This document shows, in pieces, positions 10,418 to 23,249 of a stretch of 64,000 nucleotides of DNA. A program made the translations under genes and the position numbers. Location of the stretch: the NCBI GenBank assembly GCA_964188305.1, contig OZ076885.1; one strand, given 5' to 3'. Under the pieces are notes generated by a model. It was given only the letters and a program-made list of their open reading frames with translations. It was not told the origin of the DNA and ran no database searches. Each line of letters opens with the position of its first letter. Within the stretch, counting starts at the first letter, position 1. This DNA is from Podarcis bocagei (taxonomy: Eukaryota).

Positions 10418-10717
10418 ATCGTCCTCAACCACCAGTGGGGCCAGTTATTTTTGATGAAGTTACTAAAGATCATTTTGTCATCTCCTGGAAACCTCCCTTG
10501 GATGATGGTGGAAGTCCAATTACAAATTACATTATTGAGAAGAGAGATGCAAACAGAGACCTCTGGATGCCAGTCACGTCAGCCAATGTCAAGACAACGT
10601 GCAAAGTCCCTAAATTACTTGAGGGAAGAGATTATGTTGTCCGAATCTATGCTGAGAACTTGTATGGCATGAGTGATCCTTTAATATCTGATGAAATGAA
10701 GGCCAAGGATCGTTTCA
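10418..10717 (+). CDS. TTN: TTN exon ~298, Fn3
   Basis: aacag|ATCGT; TTTCA|gtatgt; 300 nt. Confidence 0.93.
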
Positions 10718-10839
10718 GTATGTAGTTTATTTGCTAATTCATTTTACTTAAGTCTCCGCCATATTTCTACTTCACTTGTATTTTCATATTATATTTTTGT
10801 ATGAAATGGATTTAAAACTCGAAAACGTTATTTCTTCAG

Positions 10840-11142
10840 GTGTTCCTGCTGCACCAGAGCAACCTATCATTAAAGGCGTCACCAAAAATTCTGCTTTAGT
10901 TACCTGGAAGAAGCCATATGATGGAGGAAAACCAATAACCAATTACATACTTGAAAAGAAGGAAACTATGTCTACTCGATGGGGAAGAGCCACCAAAGAT
11001 CATATTTACCCAGATACTCAGTTCAGGGTAACAGATCTTCTTGAAGGCTGTGAATATGAATTCCGAGTTTCAGCAGAAAATGAAATTGGCGTTGGTGATC
11101 CTAGCCCACCCTCAAAACCATTCTTCGCTAAGGATCCAATCG
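10840..11142 (+). CDS. TTN: TTN exon ~299, Fn3
   Basis: ttcag|GTGTT; AATCG|gtatat; 303 nt. Confidence 0.93.
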
Positions 11143-11262
11143 GTATATTATAAAACATTTTCTCATGTATTATATTTGTGATATTACTTGGTACCAATTA
11201 ATCTCTTTTTCAGATTCATGATTCCAATGTAATGGGGTGTTGTTGTTTTTTCGTTTTTACAG

Positions 11263-11571
11263 TAAAACCAAGTCCACCAATTAATCCTGAAGCAGTGGAT
11301 AAAACTAAAAGTTCAGTGCAATTGTCCTGGCAACCACCACGTCATGATGGAGGAGGCAAGATCATAGGCTATCTCATTGAGTACCAAAAGGATGGAGATG
11401 AGGAGTGGAAAAAAGCCAACCATACAGCAGATTCTTGCCCTGAGACAAAATACAATGTCACCGGCCTCACTGAGGGTACCAAATATAGATTCAGAGTCTT
11501 TGCAGTCAATGGGGCAGGAGAATCCGAGCCAGCTAATGTTCGTGATCCAGTTGAAGTCAAGGACAGACTTG
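11263..11571 (+). CDS. TTN: TTN exon ~300, Fn3
   Basis: tacag|TAAAA; ACTTG|gtaagc; 309 nt. Confidence 0.93.
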
Positions 11572-11655
11572 GTAAGCAGAACATGATGTTTTAATTGGTT
11601 TTAAAGGGCCAAAGTGGATATATTTTCTGAACACGAAGTCCCTTTTTTTTTACAG

Positions 11656-11937
11656 AGGCTCCTGATTTAATCCTGGATGCTAATATGACACGAGAACAAC
11701 ATGTAAAAGTTGGAGATACATTGAGGCTAAGTGCTGTAATTAAAGGAATTCCATTCCCAAAAGTGACTTGGAAGAAAGAAGATAAGGAAGTTCCTACAAA
11801 GGCAGATATTGAGGTTACAGGAGTTGGCAGTAAGCTTGAAATTCGACACGCAGTCCATGAAGACGGAGGGAATTATTCCCTGACCGTGGAGAATCCGGTT
11901 GGATCAAAGACTGTTTCAGTAAAAGTTATTGTTCTAG
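11656..11937 (+). CDS. TTN: TTN exon ~301, Ig
   Basis: tacag|AGGCT; TCTAG|gtaatg; 282 nt. Confidence 0.93.
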
Positions 11938-12236
11938 GTAATGAATGAAATGATGTTAACACTTCTACTGGGAGATAAAACATGACAGAGGTGAATGATA
12001 GGAACATACCTATGTACAACAGAAAAGCAGGAATGAAAAATTATATTTTTCATCATCTGTTAGCAACCTTGTTCCCCAACTTTGGAAGGGAATTTTCTAA
12101 ATGTTATGAAGCATTATCAGAATCCTTGCAGTGTTAAAACACACACATACCAAATATGGGTGGGTGCATAGTGGGTGCAAAGCCCATAGTCTTTGGAAAA
12201 TATTAATTGTTCTCTGAGGTTCATAGTCACTGAAAT

Positions 12237-12297
12237 TAATAATACTAATAATTTTATTATTTGTACCCTGCCCATCTGACTGGGTTGCCCCAGCCAC
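12237..12297 (-). mobile_element. Very short L2 3' tail
   Basis: (aat)-rich tail plus ttatttgtaccctgcccatctgactgggttgccccagccac, matching the tail of the L2 at 25303. Confidence 0.7.
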
Positions 12298-12532
12298 AAC
12301 ACAAACATACATACAGCGAAGCTACTGTAAATTTGTTGAAGAAATTGGGGTGAGGGGCGTTGTACACAAACTAGTTTGATTTTACACCCTGTACTTTGTG
12401 TCAGATTTAATTATCCAGGTTCAGATGAAAAATGTTTAGAAATTAAAAATGGTTAGAGGCTCTCCATCCTCATTTTCTACAAATAAGAAGTATACAATCA
12501 TAAGGAAAAGACTCTTTCTTGCAAATAATATA

Positions 12533-12773
12533 CAGTGGTACCTCGGTTTACGAACTTAATCCATTCCGGAAGTCTATTCTTAAACCGAAACCGTTCTTAA
12601 ACCGAGGCACGCTTTCCCTAATGAGACCTCCTGCCGCCGGTGCCCTTCCACCGTTTGGCTTCCATTCGTAGACCAAGGTAAAGTTTGCAAACTGGGACAC
12701 TACTTCCGGTCTTGCGGAGTTCTTAAACCGAATCGTTTCTAAACAGGACTGTTCTTAACCCGAGGTACCACTG
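12533..12773. mobile_element. Tc1/mariner (Tigger/pogo-like) MITE, 241 bp
   Basis: 23-bp TIRs CAGTGGTACCTCGGTTTACGAAC / GTTCTTAACCCGAGGTACCACTG (2 mismatches); TA duplication on both sides. Confidence 0.9.
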
Positions 12774-12834
12774 TATTTAACACAATATTTTTATACATAG
12801 ACTACATCGAACATTTATTTCATTTTTTTTCCAG

Positions 12835-13134
12835 ATAAGCCTGGGCCTCCCAGGAATCTACAGGTCAGTGAAGTGAGAAGAGATTCTTGCTATCTGACTT
12901 GGAAGGAACCTGAGGACAATGGTGGCTCTGTCATTACGAATTACGTTGTGGAAAGGAAAGATGTTGCTGCTGCTCAGTGGCTACCAATATCATCATCTTC
13001 TAAGAAACACAGTCTGTTGGCTAAATACCTCATGGAAGGCACTCAGTATCTCTTCCGTGTTGCTGCTGAGAACCAGTATGGAAGAGGTCCTTACGTTGAA
13101 ACCCACAAGCCGATTAAGGCTATAGATCCACTTC
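12835..13134 (+). CDS. TTN: TTN exon ~302, Fn3
   Basis: tccag|ATAAG; ACTTC|gtaagc; 300 nt. Confidence 0.93.
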
Positions 13135-13293
13135 GTAAGCACAGTTCACTTACTATTTTGGGTTCTTTTTTTAAAAAAACAAACAAAAAAACCTTTGTCG
13201 ACTGTGTTGATCTATACAATGTGTATCAGCATTTGGAAATGTTTGTGTATAAAAAACAGAAATGCTAATCCTGTTTTCATCTCATTTTAAAAG

Positions 13294-13587
13294 ATCCTCC
13301 TGGTCCACCAAAGAACTTGCACCATGTAGATGTTGACAGGACACAAGTGTCTCTTGTTTGGAATTGGCCTGATCGGGATGGTGGTGCTGAAATAACTGGA
13401 TTTTTGGTGGAGTACCAAGAAGAAGGGAAAGAAGACTGGACAAAATTCAAAACAGTCCCTGTGCCAGAATGTGTTGTTACTGGTCTACAACAAGGGAAGA
13501 TTTACAAATTCCGCGTAAAAGCCCAAAATATTGTGGGTCTTAGTCTTCCAGATACAACCATACCAATAGAGTGCCAAGAAAAAATAG
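13294..13587 (+). CDS. TTN: TTN exon ~303, Fn3
   Basis: aaaag|ATCCT; AATAG|gtaacc; 294 nt. Confidence 0.92.
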
Positions 13588-13703
13588 GTAACCACTGAAT
13601 TTGTATGACCGTTCACAGATTTCATATTCACTGCTGAAATGTAACTCTTGTAATGGGGAAATACCTATAATATAATCTGCGTGTTGTTGTTGTTTTATTT
13701 CAG

Positions 13704-16664
13704 TGCCACCATCAGTTGATCTAGATGTGAAATTAATAGAAGGCCTTGTTGTTAAAGCTGGCAGCACAGTGCGGTTCCCTGCAATCATGAGAGGCGTACC
13801 TGTTCCCACTGCAAAATGGGTCACTGATAATGTTGAAATCAAATCAGAAGGCAATTACAAGATTGATACTGATAATTACTCTACAGTTCTCACTATTCAA
13901 AGCTGCACAAGAAAAGACACTGGAGAATATCTGCTCACAGTATCCAATATAGCTGGAAGCAGAACTGTTCCTGTTCATCTAACAGTTTTGGATGTTCCTG
14001 GTCCTCCAACTGGCCCAATTGATATTCTGGAAGTCACTCCCGATCATATGGTTATTGCTTGGCGACCTCCTAAAGATGATGGTGGAAGCGCTGTAATTAA
14101 TTACATTGTTGAGAAACGAGACACAAGGAAAGAAACCTGGGGAGTGGTCTCTTCAGGGACTAATCAAACTAGAATTAAAATTCCACGTCTACAGAAGGGC
14201 TGTGAATATATTTTCCGAGTTTGTGCAGAGAATAAGATAGGCGTTGGTCCACCTCTTGATTCAAAACCAACAGTTGCCAAGGCTCTGCATGATCCACCAT
14301 CTCCACCTGGTAAACCAGTAGTTAATGATATTACAGAAAATGGTGCAACTGTATGTTGGACTGTGCCAAAATCTGATGGTGGAAGTCCAATAACTGGATA
14401 CATACTTGAACGCCGTGAAATCTCAGGGAAATGGATACGTGTCAACAAATCTCCAGTGCTTGATCTGAAATTTAGAGCTACAGGCCTCTTTGAGGGCAGC
14501 ACATATGAATTCCGTGTTTTTGCAGAAAACAGTGCTGGCATAAGCAAGCCATCTCCACCTTCTGATCCAATCAAAGCATCACGTCCTATGACACCTCCTG
14601 GACCTCCCATTAATCCAAAACTCAAGGATAAGACCAGGGAAACAGCTGAGCTAGTATGGACTAAGCCACTCAAAGATGGTGGTAGCCCCATCCTGGGATA
14701 TGTTGTGGAATGCCAGAAAAGCGGAACTACTCAGTGGAATAGAATTAACAAAGATGAACTCATCAGACATTGTGCCTTTACAGTACCTGGGTTAATTGAA
14801 GGAAATGAATATAGATTCCGCATTAAAGCTGCTAATATTGTAGGAGAGGGAGAACCCAGAGAATTGCCAGAAACAGTTCTTGCCAAAGACATTCTCATGC
14901 CTCCAGAGGTAGAACTGGATGTGACCTGCCGAGATGTAATTACTGTCAGAGTAGGCCAAACAATAAGGATTATAGGCAAAGTGAGGGGCAGACCAGATCC
15001 TGACATAACATGGTCTAGAGATGGCAAAAATATAACGAAAGATAAGCGTACTGACATAATTCATGAATTCCCTCATATAGAGCTGCAAATAAAACCTGCT
15101 GTAAGAGCAGACCATGGAAAATACCTAATTACAGCTAAGAATAGCAGCGGACACGCCCAAGCATCAGCTATTGTTAATGTGCTTGATAGGCCAGGACCTT
15201 GCCAGAACCTGAAAGTAACCTATGTCACCAAAGATTCTTGCATGGTCTCTTGGGAGAATCCTGAAGATAACGGTGGCTCAGAAATTACAAACTATATAGT
15301 AGAGTATCGTCAACCAAACCAGAGAGGCTGGTCAATAGTTTCTTCTGATCTTACTAAGAGGATAGTGAAAGCACATCTCGTTGAAAATCACGAATACTTC
15401 TTCCGTGTTTGTGCAGAAAACAAAGTAGGCCCAGGCCCAGTTGTCGAGACCAAAACTCCAATCCTTGCTATTAACCCTATTGACAAGCCAGGTGAGCCTG
15501 AAAACCTTCACATTGCAGAAACAGGAAAGACATTTGTATATCTGAAATGGAGGAGACCAGACTACGATGGTGGCAGCCCCAACTTAACATACCATGTTGA
15601 AAGAAAACTGAAGGATTCGGATGAGTGGGAAAGAGTGCACAAAGGTAGCATTAAGGAAACACACTATATGGTTGACAAATGCGTTGAAAATAAAATTTAT
15701 CAGTTCAGAGTTCAGACAAAGAATGAAGGTGGTGAAAGTGACTGGGTGAAGACAAGTGAAGTTGTTGTTAAAGAAGAAATTCAGAAACCTGTACTTGATC
15801 TGAAGCTGTCTGGAGTACTGACTGTGAAAGCTGGTGAACCAATAAAAATTGTAGCAGGACTTAGAGGCAAGCCCCAACCAGAAGTATCTTGGGCAAAGGA
15901 TTCTGCCGATCTATCCCAATCTCCAAGGGCCAAAATTGAAACAACTTCAGACTCATCTAAGTTCCTTCTCTCCAAAGCAAGGCGCACAGATGGTGGTAAA
16001 TACGTTATTACTGCCACTAATCCAGCTGGTAGCTTTGTAGCATATGCTACTGTAAATGTTTTGGACAAACCAGGACCTGTCAGAAATTTGAAGGTGGCTG
16101 ATGTTTCAAATGACCGATGCACAGTCAGCTGGGACGTACCTGAAGACGATGGTGGTTGTGAAATACAGAACTACATCGTAGAGAAATGTGAAAGCAGACG
16201 AATGGTTTGGACTACGTATTCCTCCTCTGTGCAAATGACCCATATACATGTAACACATCTCATTGAAGGCAATGAATATATATTCAGGGTCCGTGCAGAG
16301 AATAAAATGGGCACTGGTCCCCCAACAGAGACTAAGCCAATTATAGCAAAAACAAAGTATAATAGACCTGGTCGTCCAGATCCTCCAGAAGTCACAAAGG
16401 TCAGCAAAGAAGAGATGACTGTAGTTTGGAATCCACCAGAATATGATGGTGGTAAATCAATCACAGGATATATATTAGAGAAGAAAGAGAAAAGGTCATT
16501 AAGGTGGGTTCCTGTTACCAAAAGTGCAATTCCAGAGAGACGCAAGAAAGTTACAAATCTCATTCCAGGATATGAATATCAGTTCCGTGTCAGGGCAGAA
16601 AATGAAATTGGAATTGGTGAACCAAGCTACCCATCAAAACCAACAATAGCGAAGGATCCAATAG
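13704..16664 (+). CDS. TTN: TTN exon ~304, 10 domains (Ig-Fn-Fn-Fn-Ig-Fn-Fn-Ig-Fn-Fn)
   Basis: ttcag|TGCCA; AATAG|gtactg; 2,961 nt open frame. Confidence 0.95.
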
Positions 16665-16768
16665 GTACTGATCTTTCCAATATTTTTTTGTTAGTAATAC
16701 TTCAATTTAAATTATCTTTCTCTGATTCACTGATATGCTTACTTCTGTACTTTTCTGTCATCTTGCAG

Positions 16769-17089
16769 AACCACCTGGTCCTCCCATTAATCTTAAGGTT
16801 GTTGATAGCACGAAGACCTCTATTACTCTTGGATGGGGAAAGCCAGTCTATGATGGTGGTGCTCCTATTATTGGCTATGTGGTAGAAATGAGACCCAAAA
16901 CTGAAAAAGCAGGTCCTGATGAAGGATGGAAAAGATGCAATGTTGCTACACAAGTTATTCATACAGAATTTACAGTGACAAGCTTGGAGGAGAAAGAACT
17001 ATATGAGTTCCGGGTTTCTGCCCAAAATCAAGTAGGCATTGGCCGGCCAGCTGATTTGAAAGAAGCTGTTTCTCCCAAAGAAATTCTTG
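16769..17089 (+). CDS. TTN: TTN exon ~305, Fn3 (end of D-zone)
   Basis: tgcag|AACCA; TCTTG|gtaatt; 321 nt. Confidence 0.93.
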
Positions 17090-17171
17090 GTAATTTTGCC
17101 AACAGGCCATTAAATTATTTGCTATCTTAAAAATTGCTTTCAAAATATAAACTTTTAATGTTCCTTTTCAG

Positions 17172-17456
17172 AACCTCCTGAAATTGACTTGGATGCAAGC
17201 CTGAGAAAGTTAGTCATAGTCAGAGCAGGATGCCCCATAAGACTTTTTGCCATTATTCGAGGGCGACCAGCACCTAAGGTTACCTGGAGGAAGGTGGGAA
17301 TTGACAACGTGATCAGAAGAGGCCAGGTTGACCTGGTTGACACAATGGCCTTCTGCGTCATCCCCGATTCTACACGGGATGATTCAGGCAAATACACTTT
17401 GACAGTTGTTAACCCTGCTGGAGAAAAGGCAGTCTTTGTGAATGTCCGTGTCCTTG
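17172..17456 (+). CDS. TTN: TTN exon ~306, Ig (start of C-zone super-repeat 1)
   Basis: ttcag|AACCT; CCTTG|gtgagt; 285 nt. Confidence 0.93.
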
Positions 17457-17612
17457 GTGAGTAATGTCAATTATTTTAACATCTATTAATTTTTGTTCTG
17501 TGATTTATGAATGTATTATTCATTGCAATTTCTTTTCCATGAGACTCTGCCCACTTACTTTGAATAATTGTGGCCTAATATTGGTTGTTTTTTGTTTCCT
17601 TTCCTCCAATAG

Positions 17613-17912
17613 ATACTCCTGGACCTGTAGCAGAGCTCAGTGTCAAGGATGTCACAAAAACATCCTGTCAGGTTTCATGGACTCCACCTGAAAATGACGG
17701 TGGTAGTCCTGTAACACATTACATCGTGGAAAAACGTGAGGCTGAGAGAAAGACCTGGGCAAAACTTACCGATGATGTAAAGAAGACTAGTTTCAAGGTT
17801 TCTAATCTTATGCCAGGAACTGAGTATTTCTTCAGAGTCATCGCTGTCAATGAATATGGCCCTGGTGTTCCAAGGGACACGCCCAAACCAATCCTGGCAT
17901 CAGATCCGCTAA
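17613..17912 (+). CDS. TTN: TTN exon ~307, Fn3
   Basis: aatag|ATACT; GCTAA|gtaagt; 300 nt. Confidence 0.93.
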
Positions 17913-18224
17913 GTAAGTATTTATTGATGTAGCTGCTGTATTATTTCATTCAGGAAATTCAGATTTTGTATGATAGTTCAGATAGTCAAAATCAGTTGTC
18001 ACTGCGCATAATAATAAATAATAATAATAATAATGAATAAATAATTTCATGAGATAACTTCACCTCCCTGCACTTATTTAATTGACTTGTTGTTTGGCAG
18101 AACTTCTATTTGCTATATTTCAAAGAATATAACCTGTCCACAAATACATTGCCAGCTGAGTCTTCTTCCAGGGTGTGGAGGCAATGTGTGGATCACAAAA
18201 AACAATCAAACCAGAATAGAAGTA

Positions 18225-18488
18225 CCGTATTGGCCTGAATATAAGCCTCACTTTTTCTCCCAAATTCTAACTGTGAAAAGTTAAAGTGCGGCTTAAATTC
18301 GCAACCTTACAAAAATGGGCTTTTACGATATTGCTGCTAAAACAGATATACGGTAAAAAGGAACGGGTGTGAGTGCCTGTGGAATTTTAAGGGAGCAGCT
18401 TATATTCGGGTATTCTTTTTCTCTTTCCCCCTTAAATTTTAAAGGTGCGGCTTATAGTTGGGTGCAGCTTATATTCGGGCCAATGCGG
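18225..18488. mobile_element. Tc1/mariner (Tc2/pogo-like) MITE, 264 bp
   Basis: 22-bp TIRs CCGTATTGGCCTGAATATAAGC / GCTTATATTCGGGCCAATGCGG; TA duplication. Confidence 0.88.
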
Positions 18489-18657
18489 TACTACAAAGGT
18501 CAAAGAAACCACTGGTCTCATGACTTATGTATTCAAATGAAAAAATAAAATAGTACAATATATTCTGTGTTTCCCCGCCCCCAATAAATCATGAGAAGAT
18601 GTAATGATCTTAGAAATTATGTAAACTAAGCATTTGCCTGCCTGTTTTATTTTTAAG

Positions 18658-18960
18658 GTGAACCTGATCCGCCAAGGAAACTTGAAGTGACTGAAATAAC
18701 AAAGAACAGTGCTACTTTAGGGTGGTTGCCACCATTGCGTGACGGTGGTTCCAAAATTGATGGCTACATCATTGCATATCAAGAAGAGGGTCATGCTGAG
18801 GATCACTGGACACAGTACTCCGTTGTCAAAGATCTTCATATTGTTGTTGCTGGCCTAAAGGAAGGAAAGAAATACAAATTTAGAGTGGCTGCAAGGAATG
18901 CTGTAGGAGTAAGCCAGCCAAAACAAACTGAAGGCATCTATGAAGTTAAAGAGCAACTGA
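18658..18960 (+). CDS. TTN: TTN exon ~308, Fn3
   Basis: ttaag|GTGAA; ACTGA|gtaagt; 303 nt. Confidence 0.93.
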
Positions 18961-19605
18961 GTAAGTACCTAACTATGACCACTTGTACAACTGAAATATA
19001 ATTCAATTATTTTGATTTTGTATCTAAATTTGGATGTCACCTCTTAAAGATATTTAAAATTAGGTCCTGTCACATAATCTGATGTCTTTAGTGACATTCC
19101 TTTTTTAATGGGTTTATTGGTTTTTCCCCAAAACAGCAACATACAAACAAGACATTCAAAAGGGTCTACAAAAAAACTTCACAAATAGGCTCATTGGCTC
19201 TGCGACCTTCTATAGCAAAGTATTAGGTGTTAATTCTGGCCTGAAGAGTACTGAATGTGGGTCCCAGGCCCAGCAGGCAGTTTCTTAATAGTGCGCTTCA
19301 TTTATGCACAAGTTTACCTTAAAAATTTGTGCATCTCCCCATTATAAGATGTTGTGAAGCTTTCTGCATCTGAAGAATAGGACAGCTATACAGTTAATTA
19401 AATAAGATAGCACACTGCTCAGACCTTAGAATAAACCTACAAAAGAAGCTAGGAGAAAATGAATCAGGGATATTATATTTCAAGGATATTAGGGGGAATA
19501 CAATTTATCGGGGCTAGTTCCTTGGTGACTATTTGAAAACAAAGTTTTTGGTTGGTTTGGGGATGTAATATCAGACCTTTTGCCTTACTTCTGCAGAATA
19601 TAGAT

Positions 19606-19750
19606 CAGAAGTGGCTAGTCTGGGGCCTAGCCACACCTCCAGACACTGTTGGACTGCAACTCTCATTTGCTGCAGCCAGCATGGCCAGTGGCTATGGGTG
19701 TTGGAAGTTGTCGTCCAACAACATTTGGAGAGTTGCAGGCTACCCCCAGT
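19606..19750. mobile_element. Older copy of a palindromic hAT-type MITE
   Basis: ctccagacactgttggactgcaactctca ... ggaagttgtcgtccaacaacatttggag inverted arms; same family as 53140-53275. Confidence 0.7.
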
Positions 19751-19933
19751 CAAGAGCATGGAAGCTGTCAGGAGACTGACATTTGTTTTCAGGGGGGAAA
19801 TGCATGGTTGTTTCAAGTAAGAATGATATCAGCTTAAGATTGTGAGAACTAATTCAAAATACATATACATAAGTTATTAATTTTTGTGTGTGACCTATGT
19901 GTCTGTTTCCTATCGTTTGATTTTTAATTTCAG

Positions 19934-20209
19934 TGCCACCTAAGATTCTGATGCCAGATCATGTCAATATAAAGGCTGGGCAGAAACTCAGGATTGAAGC
20001 ACATGTTTATGGGAAACCCCACCCGACTTGTAAATGGATGAAAGGAGACAAAGATGTGGCAATATCCAGCCGCCTGGCTGTGCATAAAGCAGACAGCACT
20101 TCGGTTCTCATCATTAAAGATGTAATTAGGAAAGACAGTGATTATTACAGTCTAACAGCTGAAAACAGCTCGGGAGTAGCTACTCAGAAAATCAAAGTGG
20201 TCGTCATGG
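19934..20209 (+). CDS. TTN: TTN exon ~309, Ig
   Basis: ttcag|TGCCA; CATGG|gtacat; 276 nt. Confidence 0.92.
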
Positions 20210-20312
20210 GTACATTGAATCTTCTTTTCCATGCTTACTTCTCAACATTTTTAACATGATTCATCAATGAGCATGACCTTATTTATACCTGTATGTTTAT
20301 CTCTTTCTGTAG

Positions 20313-20612
20313 ATATCCCTGGTCCACCACAGCCACCATTCGAAATTTCTGACATAGATGCTGATGCTTGCTCTTTGTCATGGCATACTCCTCTTGAAGA
20401 CGGTGGTAGCAACATCACCAACTACGTGGTTGAGAAGTGTGATACCAGTCGAGGAGACTGGATAACAGTGGTAGCTTCTGTTACAAAGACGAATTGCAGA
20501 GTTGGAAAACTCACCCCTGGAGAAGAATACATGTTCCGTGTTCGTGCTGAAAACCGATTTGGAATTTCTGAACCGCTTCCGTCCGATAAGATGATTGCAA
20601 GGTTTCCATTTG
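20313..20612 (+). CDS. TTN: TTN exon ~310, Fn3
   Basis: tgtag|ATATC; ATTTG|gtatgt; 300 nt. Confidence 0.93.
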
Positions 20613-20673
20613 GTATGTCCACCTCAGACAATGGTGCAGTCTTTATTAGAATACTTCTAAGGGTGAAATGATT

Positions 20674-20676
<3 letters not shown>

Positions 20677-20704
<28 letters not shown>
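20677..20704. repeat. (AT)14 microsatellite
   Basis: Read directly. Confidence 0.95.
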
Positions 20705-20721
20705 CATCTCTTTCTCTACAG

Positions 20722-21024
20722 ATGTTCCTAGTGAACCAAAGAATGCACGTGTTACCAAGGTGAACAAGGACTGCGTTTTTGTGGCATGGGACAGGCCAGA
20801 CAGCGATGGAGGCAGCCCAATAACTGGTTATCTCATTGAACGTAAAGAAAGGAACAGTTTGCTTTGGGTGAAGGCCAATGATACACTTGTGCGATCCACA
20901 GAATACCCATGTGCAAATTTAATTGAAGGCCTTGAGTACACATTTAGAATCTATGCTCTGAATAAAGCTGGTGCAAGCAAGCCTAGCAAACCAACAGATT
21001 TTATTACAGCCAGAACACCAGTTG
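20722..21024 (+). CDS. TTN: TTN exon ~311, Fn3
   Basis: tacag|ATGTT; AGTTG|gtaagc; 303 nt. Confidence 0.93.
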
Positions 21025-21103
21025 GTAAGCAAAACATTTGCATACATTGCATTATGTATAACTATTATTGTTAATACTGAGCTGACTTAAGTACCGTAAC
21101 ATT

Positions 21104-21217
21104 AGGATAATATGGCCAAAGCTAAACTTTCTTAAACTGCACTGATTTCAACAAGGAAGGTAAGCATTTGCTTACTGAATTCCAATGAAAAGCCTTGCTT
21201 TTGGCTAGATTGTGCCC
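21104..21217. mobile_element. Degenerate palindromic MITE-like element
   Basis: ggataatatggccaaag ... cttttggctagattgtgccc imperfect inverted ends; central palindrome gtaagcatttgcttac. Confidence 0.45.
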
Positions 21218-21347
21218 AAAGTTTAATTTCTCTGGATTTAAAAAGAAAGAAAGAAATATACCATGGTTGTTCAGTGATATGCATCTTTTGTGTTGTGACA
21301 TTTTCTATCAAATGCCATAGAATAAACCTGACCTCATTTGTTTTTAG

Positions 21348-21647
21348 ATCCCCCTGGCAAACCCGAGGTTATTGATGTCACTAAGAGTACTGTGTCTCTT
21401 GTCTGGGCAAGACCAAAACATGATGGTGGTAGCAAGATACTTGGCTATTTTGTTGAATCCTGTAAACTGCCTGGAGAAAGATGGGTACGATGCAATACCA
21501 CTCCCCATCAAATACCCCTGGAAGAGTACACTGCAACTGGTTTGGAAGAAGGTGCACAGTATCAATTTAGAGCCATAGCAAAAACAGCAGTGAACATTAG
21601 CTGGCCTTCTGAACCTTCTGATCCAATAACCGTTCAGTCAGAAAATG
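21348..21647 (+). CDS. TTN: TTN exon ~312, Fn3
   Basis: tttag|ATCCC; AAATG|gtaagg; 300 nt. Confidence 0.93.
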
Positions 21648-21765
21648 GTAAGGAACGCATTTGAGTACCATTAGAATTGAGCCATACTTTTATCCTTCTC
21701 ATTGTTATGTGCTCATTGGAATGTATTTTCCCCCCTCCCCTTCTACATTTTTTTTTACACTGCAG

Positions 21766-22053
21766 TACCACCAAAAATAGAACTCGGTGTAGCTATGAAA
21801 TCCTTGCTTGTAGTAAAAGCTGGAACCAATGTTTGTCTTGAGGCCAATGTGTTCGGCAAGCCTATGCCAACTATTAGTTGGAAGAAAGAAGGGGAGATCC
21901 TGAAACCAGTTGAAGGAGTCAAGATAACTACCAAGAGAAATTTATCTACTGTGGAGCTCTTCAGCGTAAATAGAAAGCAAACAGGAGATTACACTATCAC
22001 AGCTGAAAATGCAAGTGGTTCCAAATCAGCAACTATTAAACTTAAAGTACTAG
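21766..22053 (+). CDS. TTN: TTN exon ~313, Ig
   Basis: tgcag|TACCA; ACTAG|gtaagc; 288 nt. Confidence 0.93.
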
Positions 22054-22146
22054 GTAAGCTAAAAGTTCATTTGAATCAGTGTATTTAAACTTCAGGAAAT
22101 GTAGCAGTTGTAAGACTTCACTCACCGCCTAATTTTTCTTTCCCAG

Positions 22147-22443
22147 ACAAGCCTGGTCCTCCAGCTTCAGTTAAGATTGTAAACATGTACACAGACCGAG
22201 CAATGCTTTCTTGGGAACCTCCTCTTGAAGATGGGGGCTCAGACATTACTAATTACATTGTCGACAAACGGGAAACAAGCAGACCCAACTGGGCTCAAGT
22301 CTCCGCCAATGTCCCCATCACTAGCTGCAGCGTTGAGAAACTAATTGAAGGACATGAGTACCAATTCCGCATTTGCGCTGAAAACAAATATGGAGTAGGT
22401 GACCCAATTTTGACTGACTCAGCAGTGGCTAAGAATCCATATG
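22147..22443 (+). CDS. TTN: TTN exon ~314, Fn3
   Basis: cccag|ACAAG; ATATG|gtaagc; 297 nt. Confidence 0.93.
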
Positions 22444-22533
22444 GTAAGCTTCTCTCACTGGATTTTTCTATCTATTTAGTGTCAATCTATGTTTTAACAT
22501 TTGCTTAAGAACATTTCAAATTATTATTTATAG

Positions 22534-22836
22534 ATGTGCCTGGACCATGTGAACCACCTATAATTAGTAACATAACAAAAGATTTCATGTCAGTAAGCTG
22601 GAAAGCACCTGCTGATGATGGCGGCTCCCCTGTAACTGGATATATTGTTGAAAAACGTGAAACGAGGGCAGTTAACTGGACAAAAGTGAATAGAAAGCCC
22701 GTCATTGAAAGAACCATAAAGGCCACTGGACTCCAGGAAGGAACAGAATATGAGTATAGGGTAACTGCACTGAATAAAGCTGGACCCGGCAAACCTAGTG
22801 GAGTATCTAAAGCAGTATATGCACGTGATCCTCAGT
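22534..22836 (+). CDS. TTN: TTN exon ~315, Fn3
   Basis: tatag|ATGTG; TCAGT|gtaagt; 303 nt. Confidence 0.93.
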
Positions 22837-22943
22837 GTAAGTTGAACACAAGCATATTTTTCGGTCTTCTGTGACTTTGTGAGTGTGTGCAAATGGGTTT
22901 GCCAGATCATAATTGTGTAATTTCTTGGTGCTTTCATTCTCAG

Positions 22944-23249
22944 ATCCTCCTGGCCCACCAGCGTTCCCAAAAGTGATTGACACCACCCGTAGCTCTATAA
23001 CCCTGTCTTGGACCAAACCAGCATATGATGGTGGAAGCCCCATTATTGGCTACCTTGTTGAAGTAAAACGAGCAGATACAGATAACTGGGTCCGGTGCAA
23101 TTTGCCAAGGAATTTGCCAGATACCCGTTACGTTGTGACTGGACTCACAGAGAACACAGAATACCAGTTCCGCATTTATGCTGTCAATAAGGTTGGATAT
23201 AGTGACCCAAGTGATGTGCCAGACAAGCACCTGGCCAAGGACATTTTAA
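22944..23249 (+). CDS. TTN: TTN exon ~316, Fn3
   Basis: ctcag|ATCCT; TTTAA|gtaagt; 306 nt. Confidence 0.93.
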
